Source: a virus
Lineage: Duplodnaviria > Caudoviricetes
Reading direction: 5' to 3' (one strand)
DNA length: 64,000 bases
IMG/VR virus record: IMGVR_UViG_3300011989_000011
Span: 12,252-76,251 of that record
In this document: piece by piece, positions 1 through 9,459 of the stretch
Layout: every line of letters begins with the position of its first letter
Numbering within the stretch: position 1 is the stretch's first letter
Notes under the pieces: model-generated
The model's database searches: none
The model's input: the letters and a program-made list of their open reading frames with translations, nothing else
What the model was told of the DNA's origin: nothing
Position numbers and translations under genes: made by a program

Positions 1-1
1 G

Positions 2-151
2 AGAGAGGTTGAATCCGCTTTCAGACGCCGTTACACGAGAGACAACAAGCAGTATGGTGCTATCTTGAAGAACATGGGTTGGTACCAGTTCAGAGAGTAC
101 ACTGAGTTCGGTCACATTGATTGCGATGTCTTCATTTCTCGTAATTGGTAA
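2..151 (+). CDS. C-terminal part of a hypothetical protein entering from the left edge
   Basis: Open frame from base 2 to TAA at 149-151 (..EVESAFRRRYTRDNKQYGAILKNMGWYQFREY..). Confidence 0.5.
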   Translation, partial: REVESAFRRRYTRDNKQYGAILKNMGWYQFREYTEFGHIDCDVFISRNW

Positions 152-299
152 AATAAGCCCTACAACGAGCCAAAAGGGTCAAACCCTTACAACTATCCAC
201 CAAAGATGTTTTAAGCGAAATTTGACCCGTTCCTTGGCTCCTACGGGTAATCTAAGAGACTAATAGTAAACTTAAGTTTCATATTAAACACTAAGAGCA

Positions 300-1283
300 A
301 TGGTTATTCCAAATTTCGGCCAACAGCCAACAGTAGAGTTGCAGCCCCAAAGAGAGGTAGCAACGGTAACGGAGATTAAGAACGAGAAGCAGTTCTTGGA
401 CTTCGAGTCAGAGAAGGTACAATCCATCACTCTCGATCAGTTGGAGCGTACCAACAAAGAGAATCGTGGAGACGATAGAAGTTGTCCGCACGGCATCTAC
501 CACTACGCCATGATAGAGCGTATCCTTGATATGTGCTCCAAGTCAGGATACAACGCAGAGGTCTATGATCTGTTTGCCACCAACAACCGAGACAAGCAGA
601 CCCCCGGTGTCTCGCTCTATCCCGAGTTGGAAGCTCAGTACGGAGAGCGAGCTATTGAGGCCCACACGCTGAGACGTGTCTATTGCAACATCCGTCTGAC
701 TAACTTCGATGATGAGAGCCTTACCACAAACATGGCAATTTCCTACACGCAGAAGGGAATCCAAGTAGGGTTCGGAAGCATGGTGAAGGTGTGCCACAAT
801 CAGAACATGTTAGGTCATGGTATGTTTGTTTCCGATTACTCCACCCATAACAAGTATGCCGGAGGAGACCCCTACAAGACAGACCTTAAAGGTATCTTCG
901 AGACGGTAGGACGATGGCTTACGGATGCGGACCATGTTGTTATCAACGACAGAGAGACGATTGAGAAGATGAAGCAGTCAGTCTTCACCGCTCAGCAGTT
1001 GTTCATGATACTCGGAATACTGCACGCTACGAGAGTTCAGTGCGACACTCAGATTAAGGAGATACGCCCTAAAGGTATCAGCGTCTACCCCTTGAATCAG
1101 ATGCAACTGAATAAGTTCACTGAGAGTCTTCTGAAGACTCAGCACGACACCGACAAGGTGACAGTGTGGGATTTCTACAACGCTGCCACTGAGCTATACA
1201 AGGCTAAGACGTGCGAGCAGAACATGATTCTCGTGCAGAATTTGGCAATGGTTGATTTCATCAATCAGTATCAGTTGTACTAA
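300..1283 (+). CDS. DUF932-like phage/ICE protein
   Basis: 327 aa; GIYH..., IQVGFGSMVKVCHNQ and VTVWDFYNAATELYK resemble Bacteroidales DUF932-type proteins; TAAGAGCAATG start. Confidence 0.55.
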   Translation: MVIPNFGQQPTVELQPQREVATVTEIKNEKQFLDFESEKVQSITLDQLERTNKENRGDDRSCPHGIYHYAMIERILDMCSKSGYNAEVYDLFATNNRDKQTPGVSLYPELEAQYGERAIEAHTLRRVYCNIRLTNFDDESLTTNMAISYTQKGIQVGFGSMVKVCHNQNMLGHGMFVSDYSTHNKYAGGDPYKTDLKGIFETVGRWLTDADHVVINDRETIEKMKQSVFTAQQLFMILGILHATRVQCDTQIKEIRPKGISVYPLNQMQLNKFTESLLKTQHDTDKVTVWDFYNAATELYKAKTCEQNMILVQNLAMVDFINQYQLY

Positions 1284-1332
1284 AGTCTAACGGAGGTGTG
1301 GTAGAAATTCCACCCTCCATAATTCGAAAGCT

Positions 1333-1635
1333 ATGAAAGTCTATAGTAAGACAGAAGAAAAGTGGTTGGATGTGCAACCTGTCGTTGATGTCAACACCAA
1401 CAAGGTGATTGGCTTCAAGAAGGAAGGAGGTAACGAGATTCTTTCTCCCGATCTGTTCTATGTCAAAGAGCCGATTGATTGGGACCACGTATTAGTCGAG
1501 TGCTCGATTGCGATTCTGAAAACTCACTTGCTTCGACAAGGTGTTGATTTGGGTAATATGCCATACTACTCTGACAAAGTAGTGGAGGCTGCAAAGATAT
1601 TTGTCAATGAACTTAAAGACAAGATAAGCGAATGA
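1333..1635 (+). CDS. Hypothetical protein
   Basis: 100-aa ORF with ATGA overlap to the next gene. Confidence 0.6.
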   Translation: MKVYSKTEEKWLDVQPVVDVNTNKVIGFKKEGGNEILSPDLFYVKEPIDWDHVLVECSIAILKTHLLRQGVDLGNMPYYSDKVVEAAKIFVNELKDKISE

Positions 1636-2201
1636 AGATTTTTTTGTACGATTTAGAGACCACTGGCCTCGATCCGTTAAATTGTGCCACACATCAGTTG
1701 TCGGGCAAAATCATCATCAATGGCAAGGTGATGGAGGAGTTTGATTTCCACATTCAGCCTTTCAATGGTGCTGAGATTTCACAAGAGGCCCTTGACGTGA
1801 GTGGGGTGACACGTGAGCAGCTTGCCTCCTACCCTACCGAGGAAGAAGTGTTCCCCAAGGTATTGGCAATGTGTAGCAAGTACGTTAACCGCTATGATAG
1901 AACCGATAAGTTCTATCAGTTAGGTTTCAACGTTCAGCATTTCGACAATCAGTTCTTTCGGGAAATGTGGAGCCGGAACGGGCAGCGTTTCTTCGGAAGT
2001 TACTTCTTCAGTAATTGTCTCGATGCCATGTTGCTTGCTACCCCTAAGTTGTTAACGCAACGTCCTAACATGCCTAACTTCAAGCAGAGTACGGTAGCTG
2101 AGTATTTGGGTGTAAAGATAGACGAGTCAAAACTTCACAATGCCAATTATGACATTGAGTTGACGCAAGCTATCTATGATAAGGTTTGTGGAATATACTA
2201 A
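1632..2201 (+). CDS. DEDDh 3'-5' exonuclease (DnaQ-like)
   Basis: ExoI YDLETTG, ExoII GFNVQHFD, ExoIII HNANYDI. Confidence 0.88.
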   Translation: MKIFLYDLETTGLDPLNCATHQLSGKIIINGKVMEEFDFHIQPFNGAEISQEALDVSGVTREQLASYPTEEEVFPKVLAMCSKYVNRYDRTDKFYQLGFNVQHFDNQFFREMWSRNGQRFFGSYFFSNCLDAMLLATPKLLTQRPNMPNFKQSTVAEYLGVKIDESKLHNANYDIELTQAIYDKVCGIY

Positions 2202-2206
2202 GGGTT

Positions 2207-2593
2207 ATGGAGGATAGAGAAAAAGTCGTTTACGCCAAGTGCGCTGATTACCTTGACGATATAGCAAGGGTTGCCAAACGGATATACTTCGACAACTTCA
2301 AGCAGGCGAGCGAAATGCTTTTAGGTACGATAGAGACGGTAAAGCAATACCTTGCAACCGAAAGGATCAGCCAAGAGGATGTTGAAAGCGAGAAGTATTC
2401 AGATGCTGAAAACATCTTCAACGAGATAGGTGAGAGCGTCAGAACAATATCCTCCTACCCCAACAAAAGCAGAAGTTTAATACGCCAATTCGGAATCAAG
2501 CTGAATGGATATGCGAGAGAGAAAGCTACGGTAATGCGTGACGAAAAACTCGTTGACACTAAGGATGAAGACGATTGGTTTAGAATGTTCTGA
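2207..2593 (+). CDS. Hypothetical protein
   Basis: Tightly packed ORF; likely start MEDREK at 2207. Confidence 0.6.
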   Translation: MEDREKVVYAKCADYLDDIARVAKRIYFDNFKQASEMLLGTIETVKQYLATERISQEDVESEKYSDAENIFNEIGESVRTISSYPNKSRSLIRQFGIKLNGYAREKATVMRDEKLVDTKDEDDWFRMF

Positions 2594-2612
2594 ATAAGTA
2601 AAAATCATAACT

Positions 2613-2954
2613 ATGACAAGAAAATTTAGCGGAAACGTATGGACGCTTGATAATGACAACGGCACCCATACAACGATAGTTCACTCTATCAATGATAAGT
2701 GTTGGTGCGATATCGCTCTCAACTACAGAGGTCGCACGGACGAAACCCATCGCATTTGGTGGGATGATGCAGAATGGTGGGATGATGAGACTATGAAGAA
2801 GTTCAGAGCATCTACACAGAAAGAAGTATCAGAGTTGATAAACGAGCTAATGAATAGTTCAGAGAAGATCAGCAATCTTACTGTTATAAAGTTGCCTAAG
2901 AATTTCTTCATTGCTATTGAATTGATTGATGATGAAAAACAATTAGACTTCTGA
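2613..2954 (+). CDS. Hypothetical protein
   Basis: 113-aa ORF in operon orientation. Confidence 0.6.
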   Translation: MTRKFSGNVWTLDNDNGTHTTIVHSINDKCWCDIALNYRGRTDETHRIWWDDAEWWDDETMKKFRASTQKEVSELINELMNSSEKISNLTVIKLPKNFFIAIELIDDEKQLDF

Positions 2955-3057
2955 GCTATGACAGTATTAGAGTTTTTGAACTATCACTACACAAGTTTGT
3001 ATGTTCTTGCATTGTGCCTCTGTGTGGCTATTGCGAGTATAGGAAAGGAATAGAGCT

Positions 3058-3426
3058 ATGATAGATATATTATTAGCAGTTGCGATAGTTTGCTTCGTTC
3101 TGTGCATCAACATCATGGCAGACAGAAAGGCAGACAAAATGATGAAAGAAGAAAGAGATAATTGGTCGCTTCTTTTCAGTAAGTTAGACAATCTCAGCCG
3201 GAGTTTGGATAAGGTTGCCTATGCACAAGGAGGTGAGTACCTTGTAGTAAGACAATGGTATGACACTGGTCACTGCACTTCAACGTTGGTTAGTGCTCAT
3301 TCAAGAGAGGACGCTATTAACAAGGTTAATCATCCTCACGATCAGCCTAAAGCCGTATGGGAGTATAACGACAAGAATAGTTCCCTTGTCAATGTTGTTA
3401 AGATTTCAAATGAGTACGGATTATGA
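3058..3426 (+). CDS. Hypothetical protein with N-terminal hydrophobic helix
   Basis: MIDILLAVAIVCFVLCINIM transmembrane-like segment. Confidence 0.55.
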   Translation: MIDILLAVAIVCFVLCINIMADRKADKMMKEERDNWSLLFSKLDNLSRSLDKVAYAQGGEYLVVRQWYDTGHCTSTLVSAHSREDAINKVNHPHDQPKAVWEYNDKNSSLVNVVKISNEYGL

Positions 3427-3626
3427 ACTATAGAAAACTGAGAAAAGCGTATTGCAGACGTTTCGGTCACTACGCATCCTATTCCCTATACGACAAGGGA
3501 GGTAGGAAGATGATTAAGGCATCCAAGCGAGCCACTGCGGTAATGTTGAAGATGTCTCTCCATAATAACAAAAGCAGTATGCGACTAATCGCAGAAGAAA
3601 TCGAGATGCATGAAAACGAAGCATAA
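3423..3626 (+). CDS. Hypothetical basic protein
   Basis: 67-aa ORF with ATGA coupling. Confidence 0.5.
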   Translation: MNYRKLRKAYCRRFGHYASYSLYDKGGRKMIKASKRATAVMLKMSLHNNKSSMRLIAEEIEMHENEA

Positions 3627-4032
3627 TCCCCTGCACCTCGTTCTGAAAGGAAAGTGGTATGACATGATCGCCAACGGCTCCAAGAAAGAGGAGTACAGAG
3701 AGATAAAACCCTACTGGGTACGAAGACTGACTGCAATGAGAGCTTTGCGTTCTGCATATGATTATCAGTTAAAGGTCAAAGTGATAGATACTAAGAATGT
3801 AGAAATTATTCAGACCGAACAGTTCTACCACGAAGAAGCCCACGTGTTGGATAATTACTACGATACGGTAGTTTTCCAACGTGGATACACTGCCAAGAAG
3901 ATGGCTTTCAAGATTGAGAACATCATCATAGGCAAAGGCGACCCCAAGTTAGGTGCTCCTAATGGAGATTGTTTCATCATCAAGTTAGGAGAAGAAGTAA
4001 AAATGAGAACAGTTAAAATTTTAACATTATGA
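3610..4032 (+). CDS. ASCH/PUA-domain protein
   Basis: LHLVLKGKWYDMIANGSKKEEYREIKPYW and VVFQRGY motifs. Confidence 0.85.
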   Translation: MKTKHNPLHLVLKGKWYDMIANGSKKEEYREIKPYWVRRLTAMRALRSAYDYQLKVKVIDTKNVEIIQTEQFYHEEAHVLDNYYDTVVFQRGYTAKKMAFKIENIIIGKGDPKLGAPNGDCFIIKLGEEVKMRTVKILTL

Positions 4033-4220
4033 CAAAGAAAGAGTTAGAAGGTATCCTCTCTCAGATTGATGAGGATGCAAACATCGAGTTCGTGAACGAG
4101 GATAGCTACATCAGCCCCACATTGGAGTTTCAGAACGCCAAGGTAGAGACAACCATTGCTTCCGATGGTAGTAAGGCTACAAGTATCAAGCTGAACTTCA
4201 AAGGCGTTAAGAATGACTGA
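4029..4220 (+). CDS. Hypothetical protein
   Basis: 63-aa coupled ORF. Confidence 0.5.
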   Translation: MTKKELEGILSQIDEDANIEFVNEDSYISPTLEFQNAKVETTIASDGSKATSIKLNFKGVKND

Positions 4221-4339
4221 GGTCGGCTTCTACAACGGATTCGAGAAGTGGGTAAAAAAAGGAGGGCTTAACTCATGTGCCACGCAGTCAAGCCCTCCAC
4301 GCTTACAGAGCGTGGCTTAACATGAATTACGCAGAGTGA
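4213..4339 (+). pseudogene. Small gene apparently frameshifted at an A7 run
   Basis: Removing one A from 4254-4260 gives MTEVGFYNGFEKWVKKEGLTHVPRSQALHAYRAWLNMNYAE, ending 1 nt before the next ATG. Confidence 0.4.
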
Positions 4340-4340
4340 C

Positions 4341-4514
4341 ATGAAACCAAGAGAATTTTTCTGCCTCGTTAGGAATATGCGAGATAAGCAGAAGGAATAC
4401 TTTCGGACACGGGACCACAATGTGTTGGTTCAATCCAAGGCACTTGAAAAGAAAGTTGATGATGAAATCATCAGAGCCGAGGAGATAATGAGGCAGAGAG
4501 GAGAAACAATATGA
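4341..4514 (+). CDS. Hypothetical 57-aa protein (below the ORF-track cut-off)
   Basis: MKPREFFCLVRNMRDKQKEYFRTRD..., fills the gap in the operon. Confidence 0.55.
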   Translation: MKPREFFCLVRNMRDKQKEYFRTRDHNVLVQSKALEKKVDDEIIRAEEIMRQRGETI

Positions 4515-4599
4515 TGCATTTCGTAGTTGGATTCTTCGTAGGTTTAATCTTTGGAGTATTGGTATTATCCCTTTGCTCCATGAGCAAAAAGTGTGACAA

Positions 4600-4872
4600 A
4601 TGACAAAAGCAGAAATTATTGAGACCGTAATGAAAGGTACGGGCCTTCAGAAACACGAGGTGGTTGTAGCTTTCGATGCTATTGTTGACACCATGAAGAC
4701 TGCAATGAGCAGAGGCGAGAACATCTATCTGAGAGGATTCGGGACGTTCAACATCACTATGGCAGCAGCCAAGAAAGCACGTATCATCAACGAGAATAAG
4801 TTTGTAGTCGTTCCGGCTCATAAGGTTGTGAAGTTCAAACCCTCGCCGGAGTTAAACGAATTGGTGAAATGA
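4600..4872 (+). CDS. hup: HU/IHF-family DNA-binding protein
   Basis: MTKAEII..., IYLRGFGTF, ARIINENK..VPAHKVVKFKPS. Confidence 0.92.
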   Translation: MTKAEIIETVMKGTGLQKHEVVVAFDAIVDTMKTAMSRGENIYLRGFGTFNITMAAAKKARIINENKFVVVPAHKVVKFKPSPELNELVK

Positions 4873-5345
4873 CAGACGAGCAGAGACGTTTCATTGAAGA
4901 AAACTATCCATATATGTCGGGTCGGGAAGTAGGCGAAAAGGTTGGCATGGATCGTAATTGGATTAACACCTATGCGAGAAAGCACGGCCTTAAGCATACT
5001 CCCGATACCATAAAGCGCATTAAGGAGGGAAGATTACACAATCTCACTCATAGCAGGACGAAAGAGACCTACAAGAAGATTAGTGGTGCTTTCAAGAAGA
5101 CATATAAGATGGAAGTGTTTAGAGTGTTGTCCGGCTACAAGCAGAAGACCAAACTAAAGGTATGCGTTCTGCCTAAGAAGACAAGGCGGAGGATAACGAT
5201 GCTTTGCCACTCCTACAACTACTTCAAGTCAGACGATTTGAATAGCTCGACCGTTTATTACGATAGCGAGACGAAACGGAACGCCAAAGCAGAAGAATAT
5301 GCTAAAGAGAAGTATGGTATAAAATTCGAGGAAGCAAATGGATAG
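4869..5345 (+). CDS. Putative helix-turn-helix DNA-binding protein
   Basis: FIEENYPYMSGREVGEKVGMDRNWINTYARKHGLK resembles an HTH. Confidence 0.5.
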   Translation: MTDEQRRFIEENYPYMSGREVGEKVGMDRNWINTYARKHGLKHTPDTIKRIKEGRLHNLTHSRTKETYKKISGAFKKTYKMEVFRVLSGYKQKTKLKVCVLPKKTRRRITMLCHSYNYFKSDDLNSSTVYYDSETKRNAKAEEYAKEKYGIKFEEANG

Positions 5346-5901
5346 TAAAGGAAAGTTGACCGTTAAAGACATCCCCAACGACATGATGGAAGCAATGCGT
5401 CGGCAGTTTGATGCCGCGCCACAAGTAAGGCAGTTGCGCACCCAACAACAACTGCTAATGAGGAAAGGTAGTTATCAAGGAGCTCTTGAATTAGGCAAGA
5501 GGATTGATGAGCTTTACAATGCTTTCGTAGCTGAGTATATACGGCAGGCCAACGATGATGCCGAGAATGTAGATATTAGGGACATTGGGCTTACAGATGC
5601 TCAGCTTGCTACAGTCGATACAATCACGCTTGCGCTATTCATGTGCAGCGACATCATAGATTCCTGCATCCTTGACATCAACGATGTACTGGCTACCAAA
5701 GACAGCACATTGAGGTATGAGGCTTTTGATGAGATTAAAGACTTGTCGAGGATGGTGAAAGGCAAGCTGTCCATCCTTCGGGGAATGACTTCTTTTATGG
5801 AAGGAAACGTTTGGTCGGATATTGTTGACAACATGTACAAGATGATGTTCAACAAGGCAAAAGCCATCATCAGCAAGAAAGGTGAGAAACTTATAGATTA
5901 A
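5338..5901 (+). CDS. Hypothetical helical protein
   Basis: 187-aa ORF in operon. Confidence 0.6.
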   Translation: MDSKGKLTVKDIPNDMMEAMRRQFDAAPQVRQLRTQQQLLMRKGSYQGALELGKRIDELYNAFVAEYIRQANDDAENVDIRDIGLTDAQLATVDTITLALFMCSDIIDSCILDINDVLATKDSTLRYEAFDEIKDLSRMVKGKLSILRGMTSFMEGNVWSDIVDNMYKMMFNKAKAIISKKGEKLID

Positions 5902-5914
5902 ATAAACAATAGTC

Positions 5915-6259
5915 ATGGAGAAGAAAATGAAAGAAGTTAGTTTGAACGATTATCAGAAGATGGCAATGGAGACTGCCATCTATCCGCTGCCAATCATCTA
6001 TCCGGCACTTGGATTGGCAGGAGAGGCTGGCGAAGTAGCTGACAAAGTGAAGAAAGTTATTCGTGATAAGAACAGCGACTTCACGAATGTAGGTACAAAG
6101 CATGCCATCGCAGAAGAGATTGGTGATGTGTTGTGGTATTGCGCCACCCTGTCCCATGACCTCGGCTACTCTCTTGAAGAGATAGGTCAGATGAACCATG
6201 AGAAGCTGTTATCACGTCAGAAGCGTAACAAACTTCATGGCAGTGGTGACAACCGTTAA
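5915..6259 (+). CDS. MazG-like nucleotide pyrophosphohydrolase
   Basis: YPALGLAGEAGEVADKVKK ... EEIGDVLWY ... NHEKLLSR. Confidence 0.9.
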   Translation: MEKKMKEVSLNDYQKMAMETAIYPLPIIYPALGLAGEAGEVADKVKKVIRDKNSDFTNVGTKHAIAEEIGDVLWYCATLSHDLGYSLEEIGQMNHEKLLSRQKRNKLHGSGDNR

Positions 6260-6319
6260 GTCAGCATTCTTTACCACGTCTATAATAGGGCTACATGGCA
6301 TCCTTGCAGCCCTATTTAG

Positions 6320-6595
6320 ATTACCAAAAGTTCCATTGACATCATCCCCTACCATAAGACCGTCTCGGGTAAGATGCGTTTCAACTGCGATGTGTTGGTA
6401 GGAAAGATTGACCCCGGCTACAAAGGTAGCGTGAAAGTGATATTGAAGAATGATGATGTTCAGTTCACTATTCCCGAAGGTACGAAGATTGCACAAATGA
6501 CGTTCTACAGAACACTGCAACCGAAATTCATCCCAGTTGACGAGTTAACGGGTTATGATCGTGGCGGTGGATTAGGACATAGCGGAGCTAAGTGA
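6320..6595 (+). pseudogene. dut: N-terminally truncated trimeric dUTPase
   Basis: Motif 3 GKIDPGYKG, motif 4 KIAQM and motif 5 RGGGLGHSG present; in-frame TAG at 6317; motifs 1-2 not found in any upstream frame. Confidence 0.7.
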
Positions 6596-6596
6596 T

Positions 6597-6869
6597 ATGG
6601 TTATGAATAATGAAGATAGATTTCTCAATAGTTTTGAGAATGAAATGCGCAAGATAATGCAGCAGCGGTTAACGACTCTCAATTCAGATCAGCTTGAAAA
6701 GTTGAAAAATATTTGGAGAGGATATGAGTATGAGGTTAGTGCAAAGAATCTCAAAATCGAAAATGTCACTTTCAATGGAAAAACTGACGAATTGGAAAGC
6801 ATTAAGATAAGAGACGGTAAAAAGGTTACACTATTTACCAAGGATGGTTCAAAATCATGGACGGAGTAA
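6597..6869 (+). CDS. Hypothetical protein
   Basis: 90-aa ORF. Confidence 0.55.
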   Translation: MVMNNEDRFLNSFENEMRKIMQQRLTTLNSDQLEKLKNIWRGYEYEVSAKNLKIENVTFNGKTDELESIKIRDGKKVTLFTKDGSKSWTE

Positions 6870-7258
6870 TTAGCGAGTTCGACCCAGTTATTTGGCCGAG
6901 GAAACTATTTGTTGTGGTTGGAGGGGATATAGATTTCCTCCAATCCAACTTTTGTAAGAAGGATGGTACGGCTTATGCTATGGAGCAAGAAGACAAAGAT
7001 ACGAGCAATGCCGTTACCTTCCTTGAAGTGATGCGTTGTGATACGGGTGATTTCGGAGAATTGATATGGCTCCACACCATTGAGAAAGCCACGTTACCCA
7101 TCATAGCACATGAGTGTATGCACGCTTGTAATGCTATCCTTGCTGCATCGGATGTCAAGTTGGATTCTGACAACGATGAGACACAAGCCTACACCTATCA
7201 GTGGGTTTTCGAGCAGACCATTGTAGCTTTTGAGAAGTCAAAAGTTAGCCAAAGTTAA
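6857..7258 (+). CDS. Small HExxH (zincin-like) protein
   Basis: IIAHECMHA followed by DETQAY. Confidence 0.5.
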   Translation: MDGVISEFDPVIWPRKLFVVVGGDIDFLQSNFCKKDGTAYAMEQEDKDTSNAVTFLEVMRCDTGDFGELIWLHTIEKATLPIIAHECMHACNAILAASDVKLDSDNDETQAYTYQWVFEQTIVAFEKSKVSQS

Positions 7259-7362
7259 ACTTTTGATTATCAGCAAATTAAATGCGATTTTGTTTGTTTA
7301 TCTCAGAAAAAATGACTACCTTTACACTGTAATTAAGAAACATATAAACATTAAGAGCAATG
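7255..7362 (+). promoter_or_regulatory. Repeated promoter cassette, copy 1
   Basis: Palindrome 7255-7281; TTTG 7293, 20 nt, TACCTTTA 7317; 36-bp core 7307-7342; TAAGAGCAATG. Confidence 0.85.
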
Positions 7363-7596
7363 ACAGACGAAATCAAAAGACAAGTGATGATTGAAAGCCT
7401 TAGCGCTCTCAGTATCGAGGACTTCAAGAAGTATCTCGACTTCCACAATGAAATGTACGGATTTAAGACCTTCAAGGAGGTGCTTGACTACGACATGGTT
7501 TGCTACCAAGGTATCGGTGATGAACTCGATCCCTCTCAGTTCCGCAAGATGATGGACCATGACAACAAGGTATTAATCGAAGAATATTGTGATTAA
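7360..7596 (+). CDS. Hypothetical acidic protein
   Basis: First ORF after cassette 1. Confidence 0.65.
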   Translation: MTDEIKRQVMIESLSALSIEDFKKYLDFHNEMYGFKTFKEVLDYDMVCYQGIGDELDPSQFRKMMDHDNKVLIEEYCD

Positions 7597-7599
7597 GCT

Positions 7600-7836
7600 A
7601 TGGGAAAGCAAGAGAAGGTAAGAGCGATTATCAGCGTATTCATGGGAATGGATTATTCCACCCTTGACAAGTTCGAAGACTACTACGCTTCGGAGTATTT
7701 CTGCACAACACTGCAGGATATCGTGAACATCGAATACGAAAAGTTGGAAGGTGAGAGCTTGGATGATATGCCCTCTCAATACCACGATAGAGTTTTGGCA
7801 TATCACGATCAGATTCTTGAAGATTGGTTAGGCTAA
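7600..7836 (+). CDS. Hypothetical acidic protein
   Basis: 78-aa ORF. Confidence 0.6.
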   Translation: MGKQEKVRAIISVFMGMDYSTLDKFEDYYASEYFCTTLQDIVNIEYEKLEGESLDDMPSQYHDRVLAYHDQILEDWLG

Positions 7837-8126
7837 TGGAAGATTTGAACATCATCGAGAAGCAAGCCTACGATAAGGTGTACAACACCGCAATGGCTGA
7901 TATTGAGAAGGGTTTCTTTCTTAATATCAATGCTTGCAAGGCTAACGTGAGGAAGATTAATCAGAGCATGAGAGCTTTGGAAAACGGAGCAGTGTTCGCT
8001 TCAAGTCTGGAGGAGGTTAACAAGGTTAATACCCTCCTTGCTGAGAAGCGTGGCAGACTGAACGCTTACAAGGCACTCATTAAGTGGCACGATGAAAAAG
8101 TTAAGGCTTATGAGACTGACCGATAA
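7836..8126 (+). CDS. Hypothetical protein
   Basis: TAATG overlap places the start at 7836. Confidence 0.55.
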   Translation: MEDLNIIEKQAYDKVYNTAMADIEKGFFLNINACKANVRKINQSMRALENGAVFASSLEEVNKVNTLLAEKRGRLNAYKALIKWHDEKVKAYETDR

Positions 8127-8397
8127 AGACTACGAGACCCTTGCCTACCAAGTAGAGGAAGGTGAGGATTTCGCTACCCTCGAAAAGGATGGTGAGGAAT
8201 TGGAGATACGATACGAATGTGAGGAAGATTCCTATCAAGAGAATGATTATCTGAATGGCACCGGAGCATGGGTGACAACGGCAGTAAATCTACGGGTTCT
8301 GAATGTCAGTTGCACCAATGAGGATGGCGATGAAGTTGATAACGATTTCGATGAATGGAAGCTCTATCAAGAGGTAAGAGCGCAGAAGGTAGATTAA
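8110..8397 (+). CDS. Hypothetical acidic protein
   Basis: Very Asp/Glu-rich ORF starting MRLTDKDY. Confidence 0.6.
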   Translation: MRLTDKDYETLAYQVEEGEDFATLEKDGEELEIRYECEEDSYQENDYLNGTGAWVTTAVNLRVLNVSCTNEDGDEVDNDFDEWKLYQEVRAQKVD

Positions 8398-8409
8398 AAG
8401 TTAAGAGCA

Positions 8410-9069
8410 ATGGATATAGTACAAGAAGAAAGAGCAGATGTAAGAGCCGAAAGCAAAGGCTTCGAGAGTCTTACGACTGTAGAGTTGATTAGTCTCATCT
8501 TAGGTGGCAGTAGCTCCACTCTGATGGATCAGTCACGGCAGATTTTGAAGTTAGTGGATTGTAAGCTACCTAAACTCAGAAACGTCAGTGAGAAAGAACT
8601 AACTGCAATCAATGGTGTGGGTAGTTGCAAGGCAAAGGCACTCCTTGCAGCATTAGAGTTAGGCAAGCGTGTTTCATGTTCCAAGCATGAGACGGATAGC
8701 ATTGATTCATCGTCAGCAGTGTATAACTATCTCCACCCTCGTATGCAATTCTTAGACACGGAGGAGTTTTGGATATTGCTGATGAACAATAGCTTCAAGT
8801 TGCTGAAAGCCGAGCGCATAGGACAGGGCGGTCTGACTGATACCCCTGCTGATATTAGAATCATGATGCGTGAAGCGGTTCTGAATAACGCTACGGTAAT
8901 GGCAGTAGCCCACAATCATCCTTCGGGAACGCTCAGACCGAGCATGCAAGATGATAGGCTCACCAACCATATCAAGAAAGCGTGTGAGATAATGCGTGTA
9001 CATTTCTTGGACCACGTGATAGTAACAGACGGAGGATATTATTCATATAGAGACGAAGACAGACTATGA
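8410..9069 (+). CDS. radC: RadC family JAB/MPN-domain protein
   Basis: HhH GVGSCKA; TEEFWILL; AHNHPSGTLRPSMQD; LDHVIV. Confidence 0.93.
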   Translation: MDIVQEERADVRAESKGFESLTTVELISLILGGSSSTLMDQSRQILKLVDCKLPKLRNVSEKELTAINGVGSCKAKALLAALELGKRVSCSKHETDSIDSSSAVYNYLHPRMQFLDTEEFWILLMNNSFKLLKAERIGQGGLTDTPADIRIMMREAVLNNATVMAVAHNHPSGTLRPSMQDDRLTNHIKKACEIMRVHFLDHVIVTDGGYYSYRDEDRL

Positions 9070-9233
9070 AGTATTGCGTAACAATCACAGAGCATCTTAC
9101 TCGCAATGTCACGGTAGATGCTAACTCGGAGAAAGAGGCAAAGGAAGAAGTGGTAAAACGTTGGGCCGGATCAGAGGTTGTTCTTACGGCTGATGATTTC
9201 ACGGACGTTGAGTTTGCTATCAGCCATGAATAA
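9066..9233 (+). CDS. DpnD/PcfM-like small protein
   Basis: MKYCVTITEHLTRNVTVDANSEKEAKEEV..VVLTADDF. Confidence 0.65.
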   Translation: MKYCVTITEHLTRNVTVDANSEKEAKEEVVKRWAGSEVVLTADDFTDVEFAISHE

Positions 9234-9459
9234 GACAGAGCAGGTTATCCGTTATGTCCGGCAGAAACGATGGAAGGAAGCCTTGGCAATAGCTAAGGCT
9301 TTCCGAATGGGTTTCAAGGCAAGCGAGAAACGTTCCATTGAGATAGCAAGCGATTGCATGAATGGTTCGTCTGACTTTTATCGGCAGATAGGCATCAACC
9401 CTCACTTAGAGATTGAGAAAGCAAAAGCGATATTGACGGAAATGTATGGCAAAAGTTAA
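9226..9459 (+). CDS. Hypothetical protein
   Basis: MNKTEQVIRYVRQKRWKEALAIAKAFRMGF. Confidence 0.55.
   Translation: MNKTEQVIRYVRQKRWKEALAIAKAFRMGFKASEKRSIEIASDCMNGSSDFYRQIGINPHLEIEKAKAILTEMYGKS

Noticed and set aside
7255-7281. Upstream palindrome as a Xer/dif or inversion site
   Set aside because: Arm geometry differs from dif, all copies are direct repeats at fixed distance to a promoter, and no invertase is present; a regulatory role is more likely, though not proven
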